Below are positions 20,685-32,800 of a stretch of 64,000 nucleotides of DNA, one piece after another. The notes beneath the pieces were generated by a model that saw only the letters and a list, made by a program, of their open reading frames with translations, searched no databases and was not told the origin of the DNA. Numbering within the stretch: the stretch's first letter is position 1; every line of letters begins with the position of its first letter. The translations under genes and the position numbers were made by a program. This DNA comes from Rhizaria sp. SCN 62-66 (Eukaryota), in contig MEDY01000059.1 in NCBI GenBank assembly GCA_001724265.1, positions 1 to 64,000 of the forward strand, in the 5' to 3' direction.

Positions 20685-23600
20685 ATGTCTGACCCAAGCT
20701 CTCGGGCGGCTGCCTCTTACGTCAGTCCCCCAGCATCAGCACCACAGTTTTTTGACCCCTTTGCGCCACTTGCCCGCCCCAAGGGTGTGCCGCAGTTTCC
20801 TTCCGCTCTAGCCTTGTCCTTCGCGCCCCAGGCCGTTTCAACCTCGACTGCGGCCGGATCTGCTTTGGCGCCCTTGACGCCCGCGCCGTCTGCGCCGCCG
20901 CCGCCGTCGCTGCTGGTGCGCTCCGATTACCGCATCGGCGTGCCGGTTGTTGCGCGCGCGTTGGCCCGGTCTGGCGCGCTCAGCGCCGCCGCGGCCGCCG
21001 ACGCCGCCGACGGGCTGCTGTATCACCTCGAGGGCCTGCAGTCGCCCGCCGCCGCTGTCGCCGGCGCCGCGCTCGCGCAAACGCTTGTCACGCTGCGCCG
21101 CGCCGCCCTTCCTGCACCTGCCAGCGCGTCTGTATTTTTTGGCGACGCCAGCGCGGGCGCGGCGGCGTTTTTGCTGCTGTTCCGCTGCGCGGGGGCTGGA
21201 GAGGCGGCGGCCATCGTGAGCACCAACCCCGCTCTCGCGCCCGCCTGCGCCGCCGCAGTCGCCGCCGCAGTCGCTGCACGCGATGTGACGCAACAGGCGC
21301 GCGTTGCGGCGGCTGCGCGGCGGCAGCGTGTGCCCGCGGTGGTCCGGGTTGTGCTGGAGCTGCTCACATACGCTCTGTCGCGAAACCTCGCCATTTACAG
21401 TAGCACGAACACCAACAGCTGCAGCTCTGCCGCCTCTGTCGGCGCGGGCGGGGCGCTGGGTGCGCTGTCGGCGGCGGAGGCGGCGGCGTTGGTGTCGCCC
21501 GCGCTGGCCACGCTGCTGCTGCGCGTTGCGGCCGGCGACTGCGGCTGGGCTCCGGCCGCCGCAACTGCCAGCGCAACCCCAGCGGGCATCAGCACAGGTG
21601 CGAGCGTAGGCGGCGTTGGCGCGCGTGGCGGAAGCGACGACGCGACCGTTGCCGGCATGACAGTCGCTGATGCCATGAAGGTAAATGCGGGTGATGCAAC
21701 GCCCGACAACGCGTCTGCCACAGCTGCTCTTGCTGGGGTCCGTGTAGGCGAACACGATGACAGCGCTGGCGCTGGCGCTGGCGAGGTGCGCAGTCGTCGG
21801 CGCCGCCGCCCCGCGGCCGCTGCTCCGGCTGCTGCACTGGCCGACGCCACGCCTGATGTTGACGCGAGTCTCACTGGCGGCGAGCGAGGCGATGGCCAAC
21901 GACGGCAGCCGCAGCCACAGTCAGAGTCTGAGCCGTTGTCGGAATCCCAGTCGCAGGCGCACTTGCAGTCGCAGTCGTTCACGCTGCCGTTGCCGTTGCC
22001 GCTGCCGCTGCCGCTACCACTGCAGCAGGAGCAGGAGCAGGCGCGCGAGGCGCCGTCGCTGCTGCTGCTGTGCTCCCTGCTCGCCGACACCGAGGCCGAC
22101 ACTGAGGCTGAGGCGAAGGATGAGGCCGACGTCGCCGTCACGGACGGAGACACTGACGGGGCTGCAGCGTCTGGAGTGACTGTAACTGCTCTCATGGCCC
22201 CATTTAGCAACTGCGATCACGTCCACGCTCACGACCCCATCGAGAGCGACAGAGACAGCGACTGCGCCTGCGAGCTGGCGCAGAGCCGTCTGCTGGCGCT
22301 GCTGCTGCTGGCGCGTTTGTTCGAGTTGTCGCCCGCCGCCGCCGCCGCGCCCGCCGCGCTGGCGTCTCTTGCGCTCCCCTTGCCGCGCGCACGCATATCT
22401 GCACACCGGACTGGCGACGCGGGTAGCAGGTCCGCCGGCGGTGTCGCAGGCGCAGCTGCTTCGACGGTGGCGCCCGCGGCGGCGGTCGTTTTAGGAATAG
22501 TCGATGCCGCAGTCACTGACGTTGCCGCACGCCTATTTCCCGCGCACGCGTCTAAGAACCTCGCATATTAGTGCTCTCCGTCTGAGTCCTCCGCGCTGCG
22601 CGGGGCCGGCCGTTTGCCGCCGCTGCTGTCAGCGCTGTTGCGCGCGTCTGCGGCACTGGCAGGCACGTTCCTGAGCCCGCAGGCGGCGGTGGCGACGCTC
22701 ACGGCGCTCGACGACGACCCGGCCGTGACCGCCGCCGCCGCCGCCGCAGTCGTCGCTGCCGCCGCGGTCGCCACAGGGGCGCGCTCGCGGTGCTCCGCGC
22801 TCGCGACTGCGCGCAGCGGCGCAGGGGCGAGCGCCGGTGACGGCGAGAGCGCGACTGTGACGGCGAGGGAGGACTCAAACAACGAGAATGCGTCCACTGC
22901 GCTGTCACATAACAGCAGCAGCAGCAGAGGCGTTTCTGGATATGTGCTGAACGTCGCTGCCACCGGTGGTGTCGACAGAGGCGCGATCACGCGCGCACTG
23001 CTTGCCGTGACCACGCCCCTGTCGCTCACGCCAACGGTTGCGCAGTCAGCGAGTCACCCAACTGCTGTTGAATCGATCCCCGCAGAGGCATTTGCAGAGG
23101 CTGAGTCGCGGCAATTCCGCGCCGAGCTGGCCGCCGCGGCCCAGAGCCCCGCCGCGGCGAGTCTGTCGTCGCCCGCCGCAGCCGCCGTGGACGTGCCCGC
23201 GGTGGCCGAGGAGGCGTGCTTCCGCGTGCTCGTGCGCGGAATCGCCGTTTCTACCGCCGCGCTCTCCGCTGCTGTGGCACTACACCGGCAGCAACGACTG
23301 CAGCAACCGGCGAGTTCACCGTTCTGCAGCAGCAGCCGCCCGTGCTGCTGCGCGCTGCCCGTGGGCCTGGTGCCGTTCGCGCGGCAGCAGCTGCTGGTGT
23401 GTCTGGACCTCTCGCACCGAAACCCGCTCGCCGCGCAGGCCCTCGCGTCGCGCGCGCGCCTCACGCCGCTTGCCGACTCCGCACCCAGCGCCTCGACTGC
23501 CGCCGCGACCGCCGCCGCGACCGCTGCAAGGACTGGCGACGACGAGAGTGACGGAGCAGCGCTGACTGGGCTTGGCGTCGTCGCGAGTCTGTACGCTCTC

Positions 23601-25088
23601 TCGCGTGCTGCGACAGCAATGACTGCGCACAATGCGCGTGTCAATACGACCGCAGATCATTCCGACAGCGGTGCCGAGGGCGCAGGTGCCGAGAGTATGC
23701 GCTGCGTCTGCTGCAGCGCACGGAGGAGTGGCGGTGACACGAGCTCGCACGCATGCGGCTTAGCTTCCCTCTCCGCGCTGGCGGCGCCCGCGCTGGGCGT
23801 GCTGGTCAACTGCCTCGAGGCGGCACCGCAGCAGACGGCGGCTGCGGTTGCCGCGCTGCGCTGCCGGGTGACCCTGAGCAGCACGGGTCCCAGAGGCTCC
23901 GAGAGCAGCGACACGGGGAGTGCTCAGCTTGACAACGCGTGCGTCGGCGCTGCATTGGATACAGCGAGTTCTGATGCCAGTGCGGGTGACGCTAGTGGTA
24001 CAGAGGATATTTTTTCGCTCATGTTTGCCGCAGCCGCGACCGACGACACGGCGAGCGCCGACACCAGCGGCAGCTCTGCAGCGACCCTGAGCAGCGCCCC
24101 CAAGACAGTGAGCCGGACCGAGACCCTGGGCGCGCCGCTTTGGCTGCTGCTGTGGCACTAGTTTGCGGCCGACTACGCTCTGTACAAGCGCGCCGTCTCT
24201 CTGCTCTCGCGGCCACCGCCACAGGCCCAGCCACAGCCGCAGTCGATGTCACACCCGCAGCCGCAATCTCTCGGCGGTTTGAGCTTAGACTCCAGTTCCA
24301 GGTTGCAGTCGCAGTCTCACTCTAACGGGCTCACGCAGACGCTATTTTCCCCTGCACAGTCGCTCTCGCCGCTGCCGTCTCTGCTCTCGACGACGGCGAC
24401 CCTGGCGCCGGCCGCGCGCGCAGCCGCCGACTGCGCGAGCAGAGATTAGTCTCTCTTTGGAGAGACTGTGGCAGTGAGCGACGGCCGCTGCACTGACGTG
24501 GCCACGACAACCGGCGAGACCACGACAACCGGCGAGACCACGACAATTGACGAGACCGCAACTCATGCCACGACTGCTGCTGACGCCACGAGGGCTGCTG
24601 AGACTGCCGCGGTGCGCGGGGCGACGGCGGCGCAGTTGCGCGCGGGCTACAGCGCGATCATGCTCTCGTGGCTTGCCGTGTCGCGGCCCGGCTTCCTGGA
24701 CGTGCTCGAACACGTCGCAGCCACGGCCAGTAGCATCATCGGCAACTGTACTATCGCCGGGGCCACTGGTGACACTGCGACCGAGAGCGCGGCTGCGAGC
24801 GCGACCGTGGGCGCCGGGGAGCGGCTCGCGGAGGCGCTGGGCGACTACGTGGCGATGCAAACGCGCTCTGCCGCGACTGCGACCGCGACTGGGGCCGCGA
24901 ATGCTACTGCGACGTCAGGCGCGGCTGGTCATGGTGAAGGCTCGAGCAACAGCGTCGCTGTCTCACACAGCGCCAGCGCCATTGCAAGCGGGGCTGCGGC
25001 CGAGGGCGGGGGTAGCGAGGAGGCCGAGGGGCTGCGCAGGCAGCTGTTGCGGGCGGTGCGGCGCCGGCAGCTGCTCAAGCTTGAGTGA
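20685..25088 (+). CDS. WAPL-like cohesin release factor, 1467 aa, read through three in-frame TAG codons (22569, 24159, 24447)
   Basis: The four listed ORFs starting at 20652, 22614, 24246 and 24468 share one frame and are separated only by TAG. WAPL-like motifs occur in the expected order: CLDLSHRNP, LGVLVNCLE, LLWH*F, GYSAIMLSWL, LAEALGDYVAMQ (assignment from recalled motifs). Ends TGA. Confidence 0.7.
24501..24558 (+). repeat. 18-bp coding tandem repeat (TTTGET units)
   Basis: ccacgacaaccggcgaga twice plus a degenerate third copy. Confidence 0.8.
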
Positions 25089-25346
25089 AGAGCAAGCAAA
25101 ACATTTAATGACACACGGATACATAAATTCGAGTCGACTTCATGAAAGTTGACGCGCAATACATAGCTTTAGTTTAAGAATCCAATATAATCATCATGTG
25201 AGCACGTATATAAACTGATTGTTTATTGACTGAAACAATCCAAAGTTCTCTCAGTAAATGAAAACACACATCTTAATAGAACAACACAAGCACTAGTTAT
25301 AACCTTTTCTTCACGATTTGAAGCTATTGCTTTGCCGCTTGCGGGC

Positions 25347-26135
25347 TTACCGCTTGCGCTCCGCCTTCCACTTGAACTCCTTGGAGACGACGTCTCCAAA
25401 CTCGTCCTTGGTGACGAGCGCCTTGCGCTTGCCACCCTCGAGCATCTTCTTGTGCGTGCCCAGCTTGACCTCAACGCGGCCCAGCTCGGTGATGCGGTCC
25501 AGGCGCTGCCGGAGCTCGCCATACGCCGCCTTGCGCGCGCGGTCCACCTTGGCCAGGTCACCCGGCTTGAGCTGCCGCGCGTTGAGGATGACGTTGCCCT
25601 CCTCGAGCTGCGCGCGCGTCAGCCGGTTGTAGGAGCGGCCCACCAGCTCGGGCACCGTGTCGAAGTGCTCGGCGGCGTCAAAGTTGTCGACCTCCTCCTC
25701 GGTGTCCTTGAAAACAACGTGCTGGCGGCCCGCGTCCGCGGCCACGGACTCGTCCAGCAGCTGCAGCGAGGCCTTAAGCTTCGCCGCCTTGCTCTTCTCG
25801 CTCTGCGTCTTCATCTCGATGTACTTGAGGTCCTTGACCTTGACGTCCACGCGGTCGTCCAGCCCCATCGTCTTGTCGGGTCGGTAGTCCGTGTGCTCGC
25901 CCTTGCGCAATCGCGAGGTGTGCATGCGCTTGTAGTACTCGTCCTCGTTCTTGGTCGCCGCCTTGGCGCGCATCTTGTTGAGCTGCGCCTGCTTGGCGCG
26001 GTAGTCCTTGGAGCGCACCTTGAAGTCCATCTTCTTCTCCAGCAGGCCAAAGCGCGCGCGCGCCTCGGGCTGCGAGCGCTCGTGGTACTTGATCGTGTTA
26101 AACTTGCGGAACGGCCGCATTTCGGAGTTGGACAT
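25347..26135 (-). CDS. UTP11: U3 snoRNA-associated protein 11 (SSU processome)
   Basis: YHERSQPEARARFGLLEKKMDFKVR, KAATKNEDEYY, FDAAEHFDTVPELVGRSYNR, and C-terminal FKWKAERKR. Ends TAA. Confidence 0.95.
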   Translation of the reverse strand: MSNSEMRPFRKFNTIKYHERSQPEARARFGLLEKKMDFKVRSKDYRAKQAQLNKMRAKAATKNEDEYYKRMHTSRLRKGEHTDYRPDKTMGLDDRVDVKVKDLKYIEMKTQSEKSKAAKLKASLQLLDESVAADAGRQHVVFKDTEEEVDNFDAAEHFDTVPELVGRSYNRLTRAQLEEGNVILNARQLKPGDLAKVDRARKAAYGELRQRLDRITELGRVEVKLGTHKKMLEGGKRKALVTKDEFGDVVSKEFKWKAERKR

Positions 26136-26835
26136 GGTGTCTGTGTGCGGGAGGGCGAGAAGCGCCGGGATGGGGCTCTCGCGGGTGTTAAAGTCGGGCT
26201 GGGGACAGCGGAACGGGGCTGGCGCGGGATAAGATTCTGCGACAGAATAGCCGACTCGCGTTTAAGATGTGTGGTAAGAGAGAGAACTGCACTAATGGAA
26301 AGCGGGGGTGACAGGAGCAAGAGAGCGAGTGGGTGGTGAGAAGGGGGCGGACTGGGGCGAGGCGAGGAAACCGGGGCTCGGCTGGAGACAAAGAGTGCGA
26401 CAGGAAGCCACACTAAAAGAAGAGAATTAATATCAAGTGGCAGAACGCATGAATTCGAGGATTTTAACAACGTTTATGGTCATAGTATCAACTTTGAGCT
26501 CCTCTCCGAGGATGCAACTCGAGGTTCGCCCACGGTCGCTTGCAGCCTCGACCGCCCAACCAACCAGCCACGCCTTCGGTCGATGATGGCAGAGATAGCC
26601 TGTCTTAAAGGACTTTGTGTGAGATAGTTCTTTCGTCAGCGGCGATATAGACGAACTATCGTGTTTATTGTCTGGTTTATTTCACTGCCTTAAATTTACT
26701 TTTGCTTTTGTGTTGGTCTCACCATTCCACTGTTTGTTTCGTACTTTCAGACTTGACTCAACTTCATCCGAGACTAGCACGCGCCCACCATCACTGGGCC
26801 TTGAAACAGAGCTCTTTTCACTACTCATTTCACAC

Positions 26836-29800
26836 ATGCCACGGGCTTCCCCGGGCACCGCCGGCTCTCCGTCGTCTGCTCGGCGCAGCGATGGCTCTGG
26901 CGCCCCCGCGGCTCCTCCCGTCGGAGCTCCAGATTCGTCCCTCGCTTCTGCCTCCGCCTCCGCCCCCGCGGCCCCTGCTGCCCCGGGCGCGTCAACAGCG
27001 ACGAAGCTGGCCCACGTAGAGGCGCTCGAGGCCTCTTTGCTGGTCCCGCTTCACCGCGCGGCCGCAGCGTCGTTGTTCTTGCCGTCCTCGACGCTCGCGC
27101 CCGCGCCGTTCCCGCCGTACGTGGTGACCGCGCTGTCCTTCGTGCACGGCGCGCTCTCGGCCGCGCCCGCCGCGCTGCTGCTCTTCGCCGCCGTCGCCGC
27201 GACCGCGGGCGCATGGCCCGACGCCGTGGCCTCCCCGTCGCCCGCGCGCTCGTTCTTGGCCGCCGCGGCGACGCCCTCGGCCGTGGCGCTGTGGCTCACT
27301 GCGCTGGCCCTCGTCGCCGCGGGCTCAGCGCTCGGACCCGCGCTCGCCGAGTGGGTTGCGCGTGCATACGTCGCCGCACACTCGCCCGCCGCGCACTCGT
27401 CCGTTGCGCTCGACGCCGCAGCTGAGACCGCGCCTGCGACTATGATTGCGGGCGACTACCACGGCGGTCGCCGCCGTCGCGGCCGTCGCCAGACTGCTGC
27501 TGTCTCCGCGGCTGACGGGCCCGAGTCGGCGGCCAGGGCCCGCAGCAGCTCGGCCTGGGCCTACCCCACCGCGCCCGCGCCGCGCCCGCCCGCCGCTACC
27601 TCAACCGCTGCCGCCGCCGCCGCCGCCGCCGCCGCTGCGACCGCAGCCGCTGCCGCAGCTGCGACTGCTGTCCGCGACACCGGGCTTGGCGGGCTCGGGC
27701 TCGACGTCGCGCGGCACGCCGCCGCGCCCGGCAGCGGCCGGGGCCTGGGCGAGGGCGACCCGCTTGCGTTTTCGCCCTACGCGGGCCCCACACACGGCCA
27801 GAGGCTGTCTGCGGGCGCTGCGGCGATTACGAGCGCGGGCGACCTCAGCTCTCGCGCCCAGGCCCTCGAGGACGAAGATGAGGACGAGGATGGCTACAGC
27901 GTCAGCGGCGGCGACAGCGAGCAGGACTATGGCGACCGCGAGCGGCTGCTCTTGGCGCACTCGCACAGCGCCGCCAGCGCCGGTCTGAGCCGCAGCCACA
28001 GCCGCGGCCACTTCGACCGTGCGGCTGCTGCTGCGGCGGCGGCTGACGACGATGAGGACGACGACGCCGACTCCGTCTACGCGGCCGGCGTGACCGCGGC
28101 TGCGCCCGGCGCCGCGGGCGCGGACGACGCGGACGAGGACACCGCGTTTACGATCGTGAGCCGCTCGCGCGCAAACACGCACGCCCGCGGCCATAGCAGC
28201 GGCAGCGGCAGCGGCCACGGTCACGGCCACGGCCACGCGCAGGGCGACGGCGAGGGCGCCGTCGTGTCGGCGCTCTCGCCGCTGCTGTCCGCGCGCAGCG
28301 CCAGCTCCGCTTCAGCGACTGCGACTGCGCTGTCACCGCTGCACTCCGGCGTGGGCTTCGGCGCCAGTCCCGGCGCGGCCAGCGCCAGGGGCGGCCAAGG
28401 CCTGAGCTACGGCTCCACGGACTCCCTGTCTGCGCCCAGCCAGTCCAACAACGCAAGAGCGAACGCGAGCGCGACCAATGCGAGCACCGGCGGCAGCGGC
28501 AGCAGCAATAGCGTGATCGTCAAGGCGCCCGCGTCGCTGCCCCTGCGCGCGACGCGGTTTGTTGCGGGTGTGCTGGCCGCGGCCGCCGTGATCGGGCTCG
28601 CGCTCGCCACGGGCGCGCTCTACTTCGCCAGCGAGCTCCATGTGCAGGCGCTGCGCGAGGCCGCCGCGGGAGTCGAGTGGGCGCGTCCCCCGCCCATGTA
28701 CTATGGCCAAGAGCGCAGCTTCGGCGACATCCTGTTCGCCGACATCGATGCGCCGCCGCCGCAGCCGCTCGCGCTCTCCCGCGCGGCTCTCGGCGCCGGC
28801 AAGAGCGCCGGCGCCGTGCCCGCGCTGTTCGACTTCGCCGCCCTCGTGGGCGACGGCGCGGGCGACGCGGGCGCAGGCGGCGCCAAGGGCGGCCCCGGCG
28901 GCAAGTCTCCGTTCGGTGGGCTGGCAGGCTCGGCGGGCGGACTGAGCTCGGCAGCCGCGCTGCTGCCCACGTCGCCCGCGGCGGCCGCGCGCACGCTGGG
29001 CCGCGTGCTGGTCCCGCCGCGCTCGCTGCCGCTGCTCAGCCGCAGCCACAGCTTCAGCGACTTCGATGATGACGACAGCGACCTCGACGCCAGCGCGAGC
29101 GGCGCCGCGGTTGCTAGCGGTGGCGAGCAGTGGGTCTGGCTGGGCGTGGCGTCGCCGCTGTGGACGTCGCTGTACCAGCCGCTGCTGCTGCTGCTCGCGG
29201 CGCTGGGCGCGGCGCTCGTCACGGCCGCCGTCTCGGGCGCCGCGCACGCCGCCGCAGTCACGTGCGCGCAGGCCGGCGCCCAGGCGCCCATCGCACCGCT
29301 CGAGCTCGCGCCTGCTCCCGCCGCCGCGCACGCCGCCGCCGCCGCCGCTGCTGCAGCCGCTGCGGCCGACGCCACCACTGGTGGTGCCGCTGCGAACACG
29401 GCGCCGCGTGTGTCGATTTGCCTGTCGCCGCTCTCGCACGCGCACTCGCTGCACAGCCCCGCGCTCGCGCCCCTGGCCCCCGGTAACAGTGGTGCCGGCG
29501 CCGCTGGCGCTGCCTCGGGTGCAGGTGCAGGCGCAGGCGCCGGTGCGCTGGTGCTGTCGCCCGTGACGGGCCCGCTGTCGCACAGCCACTCGGCGACCTC
29601 GCTCTCTGCGCACAGCCACGGCCACGGCCACGGCCACGGCCACGGCGGCGGCGGCCACAGCGGCGGCCACAGCGGCTATCTGTTGCCGCGCCCGTCGCCG
29701 GCTTTCGGCCCAACGGCCTTCACCATCTCTGGCTCCTCAGCCTTAGCCTCCGGCGCTAGCGCCGCGCCTCCCGGCGCGGGCGGCGCCGGCGTGATGGGCG

Positions 29801-32800
29801 GCGGCGTGCGGCTGGGCATGTACCACGGCGCCGCGCACGGCCACTCCTCCAGCGCTCAAAGCCACAGCAGCGGCAACGGCAAGCAGCTGTCTTTCCTGCC
29901 TGAGCAAGACGAGTCCGCTCCTGACGACGCCGAGCTCAACGACAACGCCGCCGTCGCAACCGCGCCCGTCGCTTTCTCTGCGTCGTCGGCGTCGTCCTCG
30001 TTGCCTTCGCGTGCCGACGCCGCCACGGCCGCTGCGGCCGCGCAGGCGGCCGCGGACAGCGCGGCCGCGAGCGAGGTGCTGCTGGCGCCGCTGCCGCCCG
30101 AGCCCGGGGACGCGTACATCGCGTCCTCGCTGCTGCTCGACGCGCTCGTGCACCGTCAGTTCGCCGCCGCCGCGCCGCTCCGGGCCTGCGGCGGCGACGT
30201 CACCGCGGCCCGCGGCGCCGACGCCTTGGTGGCCGTCGAGTGTGACCACGGCGTGCTGCTGCCTCTCGCCGCAACGCACCGCGCGCTGCTGCGCCAGCGC
30301 GGCGGGCCGCTGTCCGCCGCGGCCGCGCGCAGCACCGTCCCCGCGCCGCCGGCCCCCGCCTCCGTCCACAGCCACGGCTACCGTCACGGCGGCAGGGCCA
30401 GCAAGGCTGCGGGCGCCGCCGTGCGCGCGTCGCTGCTGCGCGCGTTCCCGCTGGGCGTGGCCTTCTCGCTGCTCGCGCTGCCCGTCGTGTACGCGCTGCT
30501 GCTGCGCTCGGCGGGCCACGCGGTCGCCGTGCGCGCCGCGCAACTGCTGCGCGGGGACATCTTGCCCTCGGGCGCGCCCTCGCCCGCCGCGCTCGCCGCC
30601 GCCGCCGCCGCCGCCACGGCCGCGGAGACCACGCTGGCTGAGTCCAGCGGCGGCGGCGCCCACGGCGCGGCATCGTCGCCGGGCTTCGTGTCGCTGTTCA
30701 ACATCCACTCTGCGATCCCCGCCGCGTCCTCGGCCTCGGCGGCCTCGGCGTCGCTCGCGCTCCCGCTGCCGCCACCCGCGTCGGCCGCCGCGCTGGCGAA
30801 GCTCTTCCTGGTTTCGTCGCCCGCGGCGGCGGCGCCCGTGGTTGCTCACGGCGTGCTCGCGCGCGCGCTGCTGTCGGTCGCCGCGGGCGTGCTGACCGCG
30901 GCTGCGCTCACGCTCGTGCTGCTGCTCGTGTGGGCGCACAGCGAGTTGCGCTACCACTCGTCGCGCTACTATGCCGCGCTTACCGTCGTGGAGCCTACCG
31001 CCGCCGCGGCGACGACGCAGACGCCGTCCTCGCATTCGCAGTCCCGTTTGCGGTCTGCGCGCTCGGGCAAGGGCGGCGCTGCGAAGTCTGCGCGCGCGGG
31101 CGGCAAGCGCGTATCGCTCTCGGTCGGCGACGCGCGCTCGCAGTCGCCGCCAGAGCTGTCCTCGAGCCGGTCGCTGCTGGCCGCGCCCGCCGCCGGCGCC
31201 AGCTTCGTTGCCGGGGCGGGCGCGACGTCCCCCGCCCTTGTGCCGCTGCCGCTGCCGCTGTCGGGGTCGCCCGCGGGCGCGGACGCGCTGAGCAAGGCCG
31301 GCGGCGCCGCGGGCGCGCTGCCGCCGCTGCTGCACAGTGCGCCGCGGACGCGGCTGCGCGCATGGGCGCCGCTGCCGCTGCTGCAGTCGGCGCTGGCTGC
31401 GGCCGCGCACCTGCTGTTCCTGCTGCTGCCCGCGGCGCTGACGCTGCTGCTGGGGCTGTCGCCGGTGTTCGAGGCGCCGCTGGTGGCGCTCGCGGCCGCG
31501 CTCGTGTGGGGGTTGGTTACCTCGCTGCCCTCCGCAGTGCGCGTGTACCGCAACGCCGACGACGGCGGCGACGCCGAGGCCGACGCGGACCCTGTGTCGG
31601 AGCCTGAGTTCGACGACCCCTACGCCTACACCGCCGGCGCGAACCACCGCGTCGTCCACCGGCCCCGCTCGCGCGGGCAGCCGAGGAGCGCGTGGTCCGT
31701 GCGCGGCTTTGCGCGCTCCGTGCGGGACACGTTCGCCCCTCCCGTCACCGCCGTTGCGCCGCGCAGCGCGCACGCGCACTCCCGCGGCCGCGGCGACGCC
31801 GGCAACGGCGACGGCGACCGCGAGGGTGTGAGCGTGTGGTCCGTCGAGCGTCTCAGCGCCGCCGCGCGTGTGACGGCCAAGACCGCGCTCGCTGTGTCTA
31901 CTGCGGCCACCGCGACCGCCGCCGACAGCGCCGACTGCCAGGGCAGCCAGGCGGGGGCACTGCCCGTCGCCGTCGCGCTCGCCGTGATGGAGGCCGAGAC
32001 CGCGTCGCTCATCGCGGACGCCTACTCCAGCGCCGCGAGCACTCCGACTGCCGCTGGCGCTGACAGCGTCAATAACAACATCGTTGCGGTTTCCTCTGCT
32101 GGCGAGGCGAAGCCCGCTGCGCATGGTCACTCGACCGCCGCTGCAGCTTCGACTACTGCCGCCGCGCCCGCGTCTGGCGCCGCCCTGGCGCGCTCGACGC
32201 GTCGGCTTCTGCTGCTGCTCACCGTCTCGCTGTCGTGGCTTCTGGTGCTCGCGCTGGCCCGCGGCGTGCCGGGCCTGTACAACCACTCCTCGGCCGCGGC
32301 CAGCGCGAGCAGCGCCAACGCCGCGGGCGCGGACATGGGCGCGAGCTGGGCCGCCGCGTTCGGGGGCGCGGCGACGCCGCAGTCTGCCCAGCCACCGGCG
32401 CACAGCAAGGGCAAGGACAGCGAGGGCGTCGGCGCGCGCCTGTCGTCGGGCCTCTGGGCCGTGGCGTCGTTCGTCATCACGCTGCTGTCGCCTACCCCGC
32501 CGCGCACGCTGCACCCGCTGCCGCTGCCGCTCTCCGTTTTCCGCGGCGACTCATCTCCCGCCGCCGGCACTGGCGCGGGCGCGGGCGCAGGCGGCGCACC
32601 GCCGGGCGTCGCCGCGCTGCTGCCGCTACTGACCGGCGCCGGGCTGTCTTCGTTCTCCGCCGCGACGACGGCGGCGACGGCGGCCGCGCACGAGTCCTCC
32701 GCGGTCTACACCGCGCTGGCCGTCGTTCTCGTGCTGCTGGCGGCCGCCGCGCTCGCGGGGCTATCGCGCGTGGCCGCCGTCGCGCTCTGGCAGGGGCAGA

